Shown here: positions 17,632 to 26,596 of the stretch, piece by piece
Layout: each line of letters starts with the position of its first letter
Numbering within the stretch: the first letter of the stretch is position 1
NCBI GenBank assembly: GCA_026397315.1
Contig: JAPLVC010000001.1
Span: forward strand, 64,001 to 128,000
DNA length: 64,000 nt
Direction of reading: 5' to 3'
Source of the DNA: Candidatus Aenigmatarchaeota archaeon
Lineage (GTDB): Archaea > Aenigmatarchaeota > Aenigmatarchaeia > QMZP01 > QMZT01
Notes under the pieces: generated by a model
Told to the model about the DNA's origin: nothing
What the model saw: the letters and a program-made list of their open reading frames with translations, nothing else
Database searches by the model: none
Translations under genes and position numbers: made by a program

Positions 17632-18708
17632 ATGTATTTCAGAGATAATAAAAAATCATGTAAAAGTATTTCTTTTGGTGATGGTCTCTATTTTCCTTAT
17701 TATGAATTTAGCAAGTTACAACAATGGTTGGAAGTTGGACAAAGAATAGAAAGGGTTTATAATTTGCATAGAGAACTATCAATCCTTTTAGATGGTTTAG
17801 ATTCAAAACATGGACCGATATTACAAAAAACGTATGATAAAACAACTGGATTCACATCAGCAACTGCTAAGCCAGTAAAACAATTTCTTCAAGATGAACA
17901 GATAAAATATTTATGCAGACTAATAGAAGAACTGTTTAACAAAGATTTAGAGTTGATTTCAAAGGCTGATATTAGAATTAGAGAAATGAGACCATTCAAA
18001 AATTTGATGGAAAATTTAAAGATTTACAAAGATGGAAATAATGTATCAAAGGAAAATGTTGAAAAATATTTTGACTTTATGATTTTAGATTCGTTGCGTC
18101 ATGATCTATTAGAATTATGGGATGATATTAGAAAATTTCTGGATGATAAAACAAATGAAATTATACTCCCTGAACCAACGATTGAGAATAGAGAATTTTA
18201 CTCGTATTTTCTTCAAAGTAGAGATTGTTATGTCGAGGCTAACGAAGAAATCGCATTAGCAGTAATTAGAAAAGCCGTTGAGGATATTCTAACCAGACTG
18301 TGGATTTTACATTTTGATAAATTAAATGATATTGATTTGAAGAACAGAAAGGAATTAGATAATCTTCCGGGATTTTTAAAGGGTAGACAAATATTATCGG
18401 AACAAGAGTTTAGAGAAGCTCAACCATTTGTAAAATATGGAAATGCAGGAATTCATATTTTAGGTGAAATTCCAAAGGAAAAATTAACGGAAAATGCAAG
18501 AAGAATGATTAATAATGGCATTAATTTTGTTAATAGTCTATCAAAAAAATACATCGAATTGATGAGAAAAAAGAATTACAGTAATATTGAATTTACCAAA
18601 ACAGGTTTTTCAATCAACATTGGGAAATTAGAAAATTATATCTGTAGCAAGACTTCTGACGATATTTTTAATAAAGAAGATATAGACGAATTTAGAGAAG
18701 AAGAATAG
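17632..18708 (+). CDS. DUF4145/HEPN-like domain protein
   Basis: ALAVIRKAVEDIL helix and a YGNAGIH motif (Arg replaced by Gly). Confidence 0.6.
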   Translation: MYFRDNKKSCKSISFGDGLYFPYYEFSKLQQWLEVGQRIERVYNLHRELSILLDGLDSKHGPILQKTYDKTTGFTSATAKPVKQFLQDEQIKYLCRLIEELFNKDLELISKADIRIREMRPFKNLMENLKIYKDGNNVSKENVEKYFDFMILDSLRHDLLELWDDIRKFLDDKTNEIILPEPTIENREFYSYFLQSRDCYVEANEEIALAVIRKAVEDILTRLWILHFDKLNDIDLKNRKELDNLPGFLKGRQILSEQEFREAQPFVKYGNAGIHILGEIPKEKLTENARRMINNGINFVNSLSKKYIELMRKKNYSNIEFTKTGFSINIGKLENYICSKTSDDIFNKEDIDEFREEE

Positions 18709-18757
18709 TGGTTCGAAATTATTTCATTGAGAAGCATTAACTACAATGTGAGAATCT

Positions 18758-18904
18758 TTACTCAGGCACTTCCATCAAAACCAAGTCTCCATTAGGATAT
18801 TCCGACCAGTCAAGAACCTGACCCTTCTTCCATCCCTTGCGCCTGATTTTCTCGTATGGTATGCTTATAACGAAAGTCCCACTGATTTGTTGAAGTTTTG
18901 GCAT
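18758..18904 (-). CDS. AbrB/MazE/SpoVT-family small DNA-binding protein (48 aa, not in the ORF track)
   Basis: MPKLQQISGTFVISIPYEKIRRKGWKKGQVLDWSEYPNGDLVLMEVPE; SD GGTGA upstream. Confidence 0.8.
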   Translation of the reverse strand: MPKLQQISGTFVISIPYEKIRRKGWKKGQVLDWSEYPNGDLVLMEVPE

Positions 18905-19036
18905 CTAATCACCTTTAGTTTATACCTATAAATAAACTATATGCAATATAAAGTTTTAAGGGTATAATTAATTAGGTGGCGCTAAAAAGCTTAACCTAGG
19001 ATACTGATTATTAAATAAAATTAATTTTGCCTTTTA

Positions 19037-19804
19037 TCATACGCTCTCGCTCTTCTCGAAGAAATAAGCGCCCAGAAAAACCATGACCGCGGATATGCAC
19101 AAAAGCACGGCGAAATCCAGCGCGGCCGGGAACGTCGACTGGCCTATCAGGGAGGCGCGCATGCCGTCGATGCCATAGGTGAGCGGGTCGATGTAAGACA
19201 CGACCTTTATGAAAGGGGGCAGGTTGTCAATCGGGTAGAGCGCTCCTGAGAGGAAGAACATCGGGAAAATGACGAAGTTCATTATCAGGTTGAAACCCTG
19301 CATGTCTTTCATCTTGGATGCGAATATCAGGCCGAGGCCTATGAACGAAGTCGATATGAGGAACATGAAAACCACCGCCAGCGCTAGCGAAAACAGGCTG
19401 GTCACTGCGAAGCCGAGAACCATCGAGATTAGCAGGATCGCCATGCCCTGTATGAGCGAAGTGGTCGCTCCGCCGGCTATCCTGCCGAGAACGATCGAGA
19501 CGCGGCTCACGGGCGCTATCATTATTTCCTTGAGGAAGCCGAACTCCCTGTCCCAGAGGACTGATATGCCCGCGAACATCGAAGTGAATAGCATGCCCAT
19601 GCCCACTATGCCGGGCACGAGAAACGTGATATAGCCTACGCCGCCTTCCACACCGGGTATTGCCATTTTCGAGAATCCCATCCCGAGGAACGCCAGGAAA
19701 AGCAGCGGCATGGCCAGCATGCCTATTATCCTGGACTTGGCCCTGACAAACCTTTTCATCTCCCTCAGCCACAAAACGTAAATAGCGGTAAAGTTTATTA
19801 TCAT
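19037..19804 (-). CDS. ABC-2 type exporter permease (DrrB-like)
   Basis: DREFGFLKE, FLSGALYP and PLTY motifs; 6 TM helices. Confidence 0.93.
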   Translation of the reverse strand: MIINFTAIYVLWLREMKRFVRAKSRIIGMLAMPLLFLAFLGMGFSKMAIPGVEGGVGYITFLVPGIVGMGMLFTSMFAGISVLWDREFGFLKEIMIAPVSRVSIVLGRIAGGATTSLIQGMAILLISMVLGFAVTSLFSLALAVVFMFLISTSFIGLGLIFASKMKDMQGFNLIMNFVIFPMFFLSGALYPIDNLPPFIKVVSYIDPLTYGIDGMRASLIGQSTFPAALDFAVLLCISAVMVFLGAYFFEKSESV

Positions 19805-19815
19805 GACAACAACCC

Positions 19816-20808
19816 TTACATGCCGTGACCCCTTCTCATCATCGGGCCGCGGAATCCGTTATGATCCGCTTCCTGCTCTCTGATGGTCTTGCCCGTGAAA
19901 TACAGGAACACGTCCTCGAGGCTCGGTTTATGCAGGTCAACGGAGCTTATGGTCATGCCGTGCTTTGGCGCGGCACACACGAGCTCGGGTATCCTTTTTT
20001 CCCCGTGATCCATCGTGAGGCACAGCTCGCCTTCGCGCATCTTGTGGTTTTTTATCCACTTGAGCGTCTTTACGAATTTCATGTATTTGCCCGTGCTGCC
20101 CTCTATCCTGAGGCACACGACATCGCCTCCCAGAACGTCTTTCAGCTTCTTCGGGGTGTCGAGCGCTATGATCTTGCCGCGGTCGATTATGGCTATCCTG
20201 TCGCAGAGGTAATCCGCTTCCTCCATGTAATGCGTAGTGAGTATGATGGTCACGCCGGCCTCCTTGTTGAGCTTCCTTATGTATTCCCATATGTGGCGCC
20301 TGGTCTGAGCATCGAGGCCAAGCGTAGGCTCGTCGAGGAACAGCACTTTCGGCCTGTGAATAAGGCCCCTCGCAATCTCCAGCCGCCGCTTCATGCCGCC
20401 GGAGTATTTTTCCACCAGAACGTCTGCCTTGTCCGTGAGTTCGACCAGCGCCAGAACGTCTCTTACCCTTTCCCTTATCACGCCGGCCTTCATGCCATAC
20501 ATCATGCCGTGGAACTCGAGATTCTCCTTGCCCGTCAGCTTGTTGTCGAGGGCAGGGTCCTGGAACACGATGCCTATGCTTTTCCTCACGTCTTCCCTGC
20601 TCTTGTTCACGTCGAAGCCGGCAACCTCCGCGCTGCCTGACGTCGTCTTTAGAAGTGTGCACAGCATGTTTATGGTCGTCGTCTTGCCGGCTCCGTTGGG
20701 ACCCAGCAGGCCGAACAGTTCGCCGGACTCGACCGAGAACGAGATGCCGTCGACTGCAGTGAAAGAATTGAACTTCCTGATCAGCTTATCGACTTTTATA
20801 GCGTACAT
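19816..20808 (-). CDS. ABC exporter ATP-binding protein (DrrA-like)
   Basis: GPNGAGKTT, YSGGM, LFLDEPT, TTHYMEEA, SLEDVFL. Confidence 0.95.
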   Translation of the reverse strand: MYAIKVDKLIRKFNSFTAVDGISFSVESGELFGLLGPNGAGKTTTINMLCTLLKTTSGSAEVAGFDVNKSREDVRKSIGIVFQDPALDNKLTGKENLEFHGMMYGMKAGVIRERVRDVLALVELTDKADVLVEKYSGGMKRRLEIARGLIHRPKVLFLDEPTLGLDAQTRRHIWEYIRKLNKEAGVTIILTTHYMEEADYLCDRIAIIDRGKIIALDTPKKLKDVLGGDVVCLRIEGSTGKYMKFVKTLKWIKNHKMREGELCLTMDHGEKRIPELVCAAPKHGMTISSVDLHKPSLEDVFLYFTGKTIREQEADHNGFRGPMMRRGHGM

Positions 20809-20891
20809 AAAATCACACGGTTATTTCTTGCTCAGAAGAGAGATAAATGCATTCGGATGTTTAAATGCTTTTCATGCGGCTGTTGCAAATG

Positions 20892-21377
20892 TCACCCGAA
20901 AAGCGTCGCTATGGCGTCGCCCACATAATGCGTTATGATTATAACGACCAGCATTATGCCGACGTGCTCGAAAATCACGTTTAACGGCTTCTGTTTCGAT
21001 GACTTGGCAATCTGGTAGCTTGCGAAAGTCATTATTATTAGGCCCCACGCTATGCTCACGAGCACTGCCGCAGGAAGCTCAAACAGCATTACCGGCACCA
21101 GGAAAGTCATGGCGAAAAGGAACTTGGCTATGAAAGTCGAGAATGTCGCCATCCATATCTCCCTGTTCGTGTGCTTGTTTTCAGCCTCTTCGGAGACGTG
21201 TATGCCCAGAGCGTCCGAGAACGCGTCAGCTATCGCTATCGTCAGAATGCCGCCCAAGACTATAAGCTTCGACTTGGTCCCAGCCTCGAGACCTGCCATG
21301 AGGCCGAGCGTGGTTATCGTTGCCGAAGTCAGCCCGAAACTGAACCCGGTCTTTAGCGAATGGTTAAGCTTCATCAT
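20892..21377 (-). CDS. VIT1/CCC1-like membrane protein
   Basis: FGLTSA..TLGL and IAIADAFSDALGIHVSEE motifs. Confidence 0.8.
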   Translation of the reverse strand: MMKLNHSLKTGFSFGLTSATITTLGLMAGLEAGTKSKLIVLGGILTIAIADAFSDALGIHVSEEAENKHTNREIWMATFSTFIAKFLFAMTFLVPVMLFELPAAVLVSIAWGLIIMTFASYQIAKSSKQKPLNVIFEHVGIMLVVIIITHYVGDAIATLFG

Positions 21378-21480
21378 ATAGAAATTGCACAGCTTTCTTA
21401 AAAAAGTTCACAGAAAATGATAAAAAGAAAAAAGGGCGAAAAACCGCCTTGAGTATAATTTTTGGAAGCCTGGGAAGCCC

Positions 21481-21585
21481 TCAGAACTCCTCTTCTTCCT
21501 CTTCTGTCGATTCCTCTTCCGTCGACTCTTCTTCCTTCTCTTCCTCTTCTACTTCTTTTTTCTTGCCTTTCTTGCCGAATGTCAT
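21481..21585 (-). CDS. 34-aa microprotein with basic N-terminus and acidic tail (not in the ORF track)
   Basis: MTFGKKGKKKEVEEEEKEEESTEEESTEEEEEEF; SD-like GGGAG upstream and T-rich tract downstream. Confidence 0.55.
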   Translation of the reverse strand: MTFGKKGKKKEVEEEEKEEESTEEESTEEEEEEF

Positions 21586-21770
21586 AATCCCACACTCCCG
21601 TTTATAAACATCGAAAACAGTCTTTGATTTTTTATGCGCCGGACCGGAATATAAAGCTTACGCTGCCATGCGGATTTAAGCTTTAACGCCCATATAATTT
21701 CCAGTTATTCCGGCTGTCCTGCGACCGTTCTGCTTTTCTGGTTTTTATGGTATGAAGCCCAATTAAAAAC

Positions 21771-22589
21771 ATGCACATTTTTCTCGGTCCTGCCGGTATC
21801 CCGCTGACGACGAAAGGCCCTTCGACAGTCGATGGTATTAGACGCGTCGCCGAGCTGGGCCTCAACGCCATGGAAGTCGAGTTCGTGCGCGGAGTACACA
21901 TGAGCATCGCGACAGCGAAGGAAGCCGGAGTCGTCGCTAGAGATGCGAACGTCGTGCTGTCGATACACGCACCCTATTTCATCAACCTGTGCAACCCCGA
22001 GAAAGCCGCAGCATCGAAGAAGCGTATCCTTGATTCGTGCGAGAGGGCGTATCACCTCGGCGCGTGGGTCGTGGTTTTCCACCCGGGCTTCTATGGCGCG
22101 CTCGAAAAAACAAAGGCGTTCGAGATGGTTCTCAGCGAGTGTGAAGCCATGAATGAAACGTTGCTAGCGAATGGATGGGATGTGAAGCTAGGTCTTGAGA
22201 CGACAGGCAAACCGTCGCAGTTCGGCACTTTGGACGAGACCATGGCGATACACCATAAAATAAAGAACTGCATACCAGCCGTCGATTTCTCCCACATCTT
22301 CGCCAGGGACGCCGGCCATATCGATTTTCACGAAGTCCTGAAGAAAATGGAGGCACTGGGCATGGACAGACATCACTGTCATTTCTCCGGCATAGAATAC
22401 ACCATGAAAGGCGAGAGACGACATCTAACCATCGACAGCAACCAGCCCGACTTCCCGGCGCTGGCGAAAGGCCTGCTGAAGACAAAAATAAGAAACATCA
22501 CGATAATTTCCGAGAGTCCCGTTCTGGAAAAGGATTCTATGAAAATGCTCGAAATATTAAAACAGGAAGGATACGCATGGAAAAAATAA
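21771..22589 (+). CDS. nfo: Endonuclease IV (AP endonuclease family 2)
   Basis: HAPYFINL, VFHPG, LETTGK..QFG, DFSH, HCHFSG and ISESP motifs. Confidence 0.9.
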   Translation: MHIFLGPAGIPLTTKGPSTVDGIRRVAELGLNAMEVEFVRGVHMSIATAKEAGVVARDANVVLSIHAPYFINLCNPEKAAASKKRILDSCERAYHLGAWVVVFHPGFYGALEKTKAFEMVLSECEAMNETLLANGWDVKLGLETTGKPSQFGTLDETMAIHHKIKNCIPAVDFSHIFARDAGHIDFHEVLKKMEALGMDRHHCHFSGIEYTMKGERRHLTIDSNQPDFPALAKGLLKTKIRNITIISESPVLEKDSMKMLEILKQEGYAWKK

Positions 22590-23002
22590 AAATTTACACT
22601 GACGGCGCTTCGCGCGGCAATCCCGGCCCGGGGGCAATCGCTTACATGATAGTGGATGAAAAAGGCGCTCTGATCGCGGAGCGTGCCGAATTCATAGGCG
22701 CGTGCACCAACAACATCGCCGAATACAAGGCCCTCATAGCCGGCCTCAAGGCCGCTGAAAAGCTCGCGCATGCAGGCGAGCTCACATGCATATCGGACAG
22801 CCAGCTGATGATAAGCCAGATGAAGGGGGAATACAAAGTCAAGAAAGGCCACCTCAAGGACCTGCACGACGAGGCGAAGGCGCTCGAGAAAAAATTCGCC
22901 AAAGTCGAATATGTCAATGTCAGGAGAACCGATCCTGTCATACAGAAAGCCGACAGGATGGTAAACTATGTTCTGGATTCGATGTCAAGATTCAGAAAAT
23001 GA
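22577..23002 (+). CDS. rnhA: Ribonuclease HI
   Basis: YTDGASRGNPG, TNNIAEY, SDSQL and KAD motifs. Confidence 0.93.
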   Translation: MEKIKIYTDGASRGNPGPGAIAYMIVDEKGALIAERAEFIGACTNNIAEYKALIAGLKAAEKLAHAGELTCISDSQLMISQMKGEYKVKKGHLKDLHDEAKALEKKFAKVEYVNVRRTDPVIQKADRMVNYVLDSMSRFRK

Positions 23003-23686
23003 TTTTTGCTTTTCGACCAGCTCTGCATTCTCGATTACGTATTCGCCTCTCGCGCCGTCCCATTCCTTGTGCGCGCGCAGTATCCTTATCTTCTTTTTGA
23101 ATATCGGCGCGTCAAGGACGAACGATTCGTACTCCCCGCCCTCGCCTCCCACGTGCACGCCGTATTTCTCGTGCAGCTTTTCCAGGTCTTTCAGCGCTTC
23201 TGCGTCGAGCCGCCTGCCGAGCCACTTCTCGGTCAGGCCTTCGGCCGCGACGGCCGTGAAAATGACGTCGAAGCCGAGCATCAGCAGTTCGCTCATGTAG
23301 TCCTTCATCGGCCTCTCCCAGTGGGGCGCGAACGATTCGAGGCCTATCTCCCTGCACACGTTGTCGATGCGTACGCGCTGGTAGCGGCTCGCGAGCGCGC
23401 CGGAAACGACGCCCTCTATCTCGGGCTTCAGCGACTTCAGTATTTCCTTCATCTCCTCGACTTCTTTCGTTTCTTCTCCGCTTACTTCCCTGAAGACTAT
23501 GGGGATGCCCATCGCCTCCGCGTGGAGTTTCGCCCAGCGCGCGTTGGGGTGGTGGAACATGTACGAGTCGCTCCTTGCCGGCACGAACGTGAGCAGCATC
23601 TTGACGTGCAGCCCCATGGCCAGCGCCTTGTATACCGCGAACGTCGAATCTTTAGCGCCGGAGAAAAGAACTGCTACGTTTTTCAT
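22985..23686 (-). CDS. dph6: Diphthine-ammonia ligase (PP-loop ATPase)
   Basis: SGAKDS PP-loop, SYMFH, GALASRYQ and GEGGEYES. Confidence 0.88.
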   Translation of the reverse strand: MKNVAVLFSGAKDSTFAVYKALAMGLHVKMLLTFVPARSDSYMFHHPNARWAKLHAEAMGIPIVFREVSGEETKEVEEMKEILKSLKPEIEGVVSGALASRYQRVRIDNVCREIGLESFAPHWERPMKDYMSELLMLGFDVIFTAVAAEGLTEKWLGRRLDAEALKDLEKLHEKYGVHVGGEGGEYESFVLDAPIFKKKIRILRAHKEWDGARGEYVIENAELVEKQKSFSES

Positions 23687-23713
23687 ATTATCAATTATCT
23701 TTTCGCGGGAGAA

Positions 23714-24517
23714 TTAAAAAAGGTCTTTGAGCTCGCCGAGGAACGTGCCGTCGAGCATGTAGACTTTAGCCGTTCTTAATCTGGCCGAGCGCACGAGAAC
23801 GCCTATGCCGCTCTGCTCGTTCTTGTGCTCCCTTTCTATTTCCGGCATCGAGTAGTTCATGGATATTCCTCCTGAGAGTCGGTTGAACTTCGGCACCATT
23901 ATAAGCTCCGGCAGCTTTGACGGGAGATTTTTGTATTTTTTCGCTAGCTTCACCCTGTCCAGCTCCGCGCGTATCCACACCTGCTCGTAAAACCTGTGGC
24001 CGAGCTTGTCGCGGAACTCGATTTGCGGATGCTCGTGGCCCACGAAAACATAATCAGCCTTCAGGAATTTTTCATCGGGCCATGCGTGGCCATGCAGGAA
24101 AAAGAAGCCGTCCTTTGCGAAGCCTGCGCTGGGATGCAGACGCACGTTCTCTGGCAGGAAGTTCTTCAGGTCCGTATCATGGTTGCCTGTAGCTATGTCT
24201 ATCGAAGTTTTTCTGCCCAGCTCGGAGAGGAATTCCGGTATCTCGCGCAGCTCCTGTTTCGTCGAGCCGGGGACCTTGTGCTTCACGTCGCCTAGCATTA
24301 TAAGGTTCCTGGCGCCCGTCAGGCCTATGAGCTCCTTAATGGCCTTCAGCAGGCCCGGCGTGTTGGAAGGTATGCGTATGCCGGATTTGTAATAACCATA
24401 TTCGACGCCTATGTGAAGGTCCGCGATGACCAGCGTGTCGTTCACCAGCACTGCAGGCTGGCCTGTCACGAACTTTATCTCCTGCTTCTGCACGACCGGT
24501 GCTTTCCTCATGGCCAT
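23714..24517 (-). CDS. ICC-like metallophosphoesterase
   Basis: ADLHIG, LGDVKH, GNHD, HGH and GHEHP motifs. Confidence 0.88.
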   Translation of the reverse strand: MAMRKAPVVQKQEIKFVTGQPAVLVNDTLVIADLHIGVEYGYYKSGIRIPSNTPGLLKAIKELIGLTGARNLIMLGDVKHKVPGSTKQELREIPEFLSELGRKTSIDIATGNHDTDLKNFLPENVRLHPSAGFAKDGFFFLHGHAWPDEKFLKADYVFVGHEHPQIEFRDKLGHRFYEQVWIRAELDRVKLAKKYKNLPSKLPELIMVPKFNRLSGGISMNYSMPEIEREHKNEQSGIGVLVRSARLRTAKVYMLDGTFLGELKDLF

Positions 24518-24565
24518 GTGATTTATTTGCGGTTTGTTTTTAAAATCTGATTACAAGAATAAGGC

Positions 24566-25495
24566 ATGGACGAGCGACGGATGGAGAATGAAATCCGCGA
24601 AGAACAGAAGCGCCTCCGCGATGAGATAAAGGCGGACGAGAAAGAAGCGGACGACAGGCTTGACCAGATACTTTTCAAGAGGAAGATTGATTTCTGCCCG
24701 CGCTGCGGCAGCAAGATAACGTCGCGCGCGGACTGGGCAGGCAGGTGCATGCACGAAGGCTGCGTCGAGATGCTCTGCTCCTCATGCTGGTCTTCCGAAG
24801 ATAAACGCTACTGCAAGAAGCACGAGAAAGACGTCGTGACGAGAGAGGAAGCTACTGCCGACGATGCAAAGAATCTCACGCTCAATTACATGGACTTCGT
24901 ACAGGAGCGGCTGAAGAAGTTTCACCTCGATTGGAACCACGAGGGCTACATAAAGAAGGCGAAGGCCTTCCGCAAAAACAAGAGATACGGCGAGTTCGAG
25001 ATGCTCGTGTGCGAGAGGAAGTTCTTCTCCAAGAAGCCAAAGGTCAGGATTCTCGTGAGGCCGCTTGCAGAAGCCTACCAGAACGAGATTAACATGGTCA
25101 TAGAAAATTCCGAGGACAGCGAAATTTACACTGTCTTTGTTTTCCTGGGCGGCGAGCCGCGGCTTGGCATGAAGGCCGTAAGACTGGCGAACGATTTCTC
25201 GAACAAGAAAGCCTCGCTTTTCGTCATGGACATGGAGAGCGGCAGGCTTAATTTCAACGCATCTGAAAAATTGTCCGAGCGTTACTCGTTCTGGCTCGAT
25301 CCGTCGAAAGTGCCTGTGACGTTCGCCGGAATGCTGGCGAGCGTCGCCGAAAGCGTGTCCGGCAGGAAGATCGTCCATGCACTGGACTTCGGCAAGATGC
25401 TCGGCAAGCCGGAAGACGAAGCTGCCAATATGCTGCGAAAGAGCGGCCTGCTCGAGGAAGCGAAGGGCACGAATTCTTTCATCATGAAGGAGTAG
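24566..25495 (+). CDS. Hypothetical protein with Cys/His Zn-binding cluster
   Basis: CPRC...CMHEGC...LCSSC...YCKKH; host-like codon usage. Confidence 0.7.
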   Translation: MDERRMENEIREEQKRLRDEIKADEKEADDRLDQILFKRKIDFCPRCGSKITSRADWAGRCMHEGCVEMLCSSCWSSEDKRYCKKHEKDVVTREEATADDAKNLTLNYMDFVQERLKKFHLDWNHEGYIKKAKAFRKNKRYGEFEMLVCERKFFSKKPKVRILVRPLAEAYQNEINMVIENSEDSEIYTVFVFLGGEPRLGMKAVRLANDFSNKKASLFVMDMESGRLNFNASEKLSERYSFWLDPSKVPVTFAGMLASVAESVSGRKIVHALDFGKMLGKPEDEAANMLRKSGLLEEAKGTNSFIMKE

Positions 25496-25557
25496 AGTCG
25501 CTGGCCCAGCGAAGGAAACTTATAAATTGCAGCGCTCTTTTATAGATATAAGTCAGG

Positions 25558-25673
25558 GGTCCCGTGGCTCAGCCTGGTTAGAGCGCCCGACTGATAAACT
25601 GCCAGCGTCATTCGAAATATCCGCTGGTGATTTCGATATCGGGAGGCCCTGGGTTCAAATCCCAGCGGGACCA
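25558..25673 (+). tRNA. tRNA-Ile(GAU) with a 41-nt intron at position 37/38 (25597-25637)
   Basis: Acceptor GGTCCCG/CGGGACC, D-arm GCTC..GAGC, anticodon stem CCCGA/TCGGG with CT-GAT-A, T-arm CTGGG-TTCAAAT-CCCAG; TATA (TTATAAA) ~35 bp upstream. Confidence 0.93.
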
Positions 25674-25756
25674 TTAAAGCTTTTTGGGAAAAAGCTTTAG
25701 CAAAAAACGAGAAAAGAAAAACTGAAAACGGATGCTTTCGGAAAATATGTGGAGGT

Positions 25757-26455
25757 ATGATTATGCAGCATGGAGATTTCGTTGAAGTGGATTACGTGGG
25801 AAGGGTAAAGATCACGGGGGATATTTTCGACCTGACAAACGAAGAGGTCGCGAAAAAGGAGAAGATACACGACCCCAAGGCGCCGTACGGGCCCGCGCTG
25901 ATAATCGTCGGCTCGCAGATGACCGTGCACGGCGTCATGAAGGAGCTGGAGCAGATGAACATCGGCGAGGAGCGCACGTTCGACGTGCTGCCGCAGGAGG
26001 CGTTCGGCCAGAGGGACGTGAGACTCATCAAGATACTGCCCACCTCGAAGTTCATAGAGAACAAAATCAATCCCGTGCCTGGAGAGTATTTCGACATCGA
26101 CGGCACGCAGGCGAAGATACAGAGCGTTTCCGGCGGGCGCGTGCGCGTCGACTTCAACAACCCGCTTGCAGGCAAGGCTCTCACATACGACCTGAAGGTC
26201 GTCAGGAAAATCGAAGACGATAAGGAAAAAATCGAAAAGCTGCTGAAGTACTACAGGGTCGACTACACGCACGTCGTCATCAAGGGCAAGGAAGCGGAGA
26301 TAAAAACCAAGAAGCCCGTCAACCAGATGCTCAGGAAGTTCATCGGCGACATCGTCACGAAATGGATAAAGGCCGTCGAGAAAGTTGAATACGTTTCCGA
26401 AGAGGACAAGAAAACGGAAGAAAAAAGCGAAAGCCAGGACGCGAAGAAGGAATGA
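25757..26455 (+). CDS. slyD: FKBP-type peptidyl-prolyl isomerase, long archaeal type
   Basis: GDFVEVDYVGR, FDLT, PQEAFG and VDFNNPLAGK. Confidence 0.92.
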   Translation: MIMQHGDFVEVDYVGRVKITGDIFDLTNEEVAKKEKIHDPKAPYGPALIIVGSQMTVHGVMKELEQMNIGEERTFDVLPQEAFGQRDVRLIKILPTSKFIENKINPVPGEYFDIDGTQAKIQSVSGGRVRVDFNNPLAGKALTYDLKVVRKIEDDKEKIEKLLKYYRVDYTHVVIKGKEAEIKTKKPVNQMLRKFIGDIVTKWIKAVEKVEYVSEEDKKTEEKSESQDAKKE

Positions 26456-26596
26456 CGTTTTTGCGCAATAAAATTCCGCAACTCTTGCCGCTTTTTCAAA
26501 GGCTGGAGTAAATAAAATTTAAATAGTTTATTCCCATTATTTTCTTATGAATATTGTTGAACTGATAATTATTCGAGTTTAATGGAGGGGTTTTGT

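Larger units (their letters stand above)
1..19000. mobile_element. Integrative element / defence island (left end outside the window, right end approximately 18,905-19,036)
   Basis: Tyrosine integrase at the left edge; markedly AT-rich sequence and A/T-ending codons up to ~19,030, then an abrupt switch to G/C-ending codons in housekeeping genes; cargo of RM, nucleases, HEPN and wHTH/AbrB regulators. No att repeat identified. Confidence 0.8.

Noticed and set aside
18905-19036. attR / tRNA 3'-end duplication at the element boundary
   Set aside because: GCGCCACC on the minus strand is reminiscent of a tRNA end, but no T-arm is present and the partner site would lie outside the window.
22985-23686. 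Inactive Dph6 owing to SGAKDS instead of SGGKDS
   Set aside because: Single conservative change with all other motifs intact; insufficient evidence of lost function.
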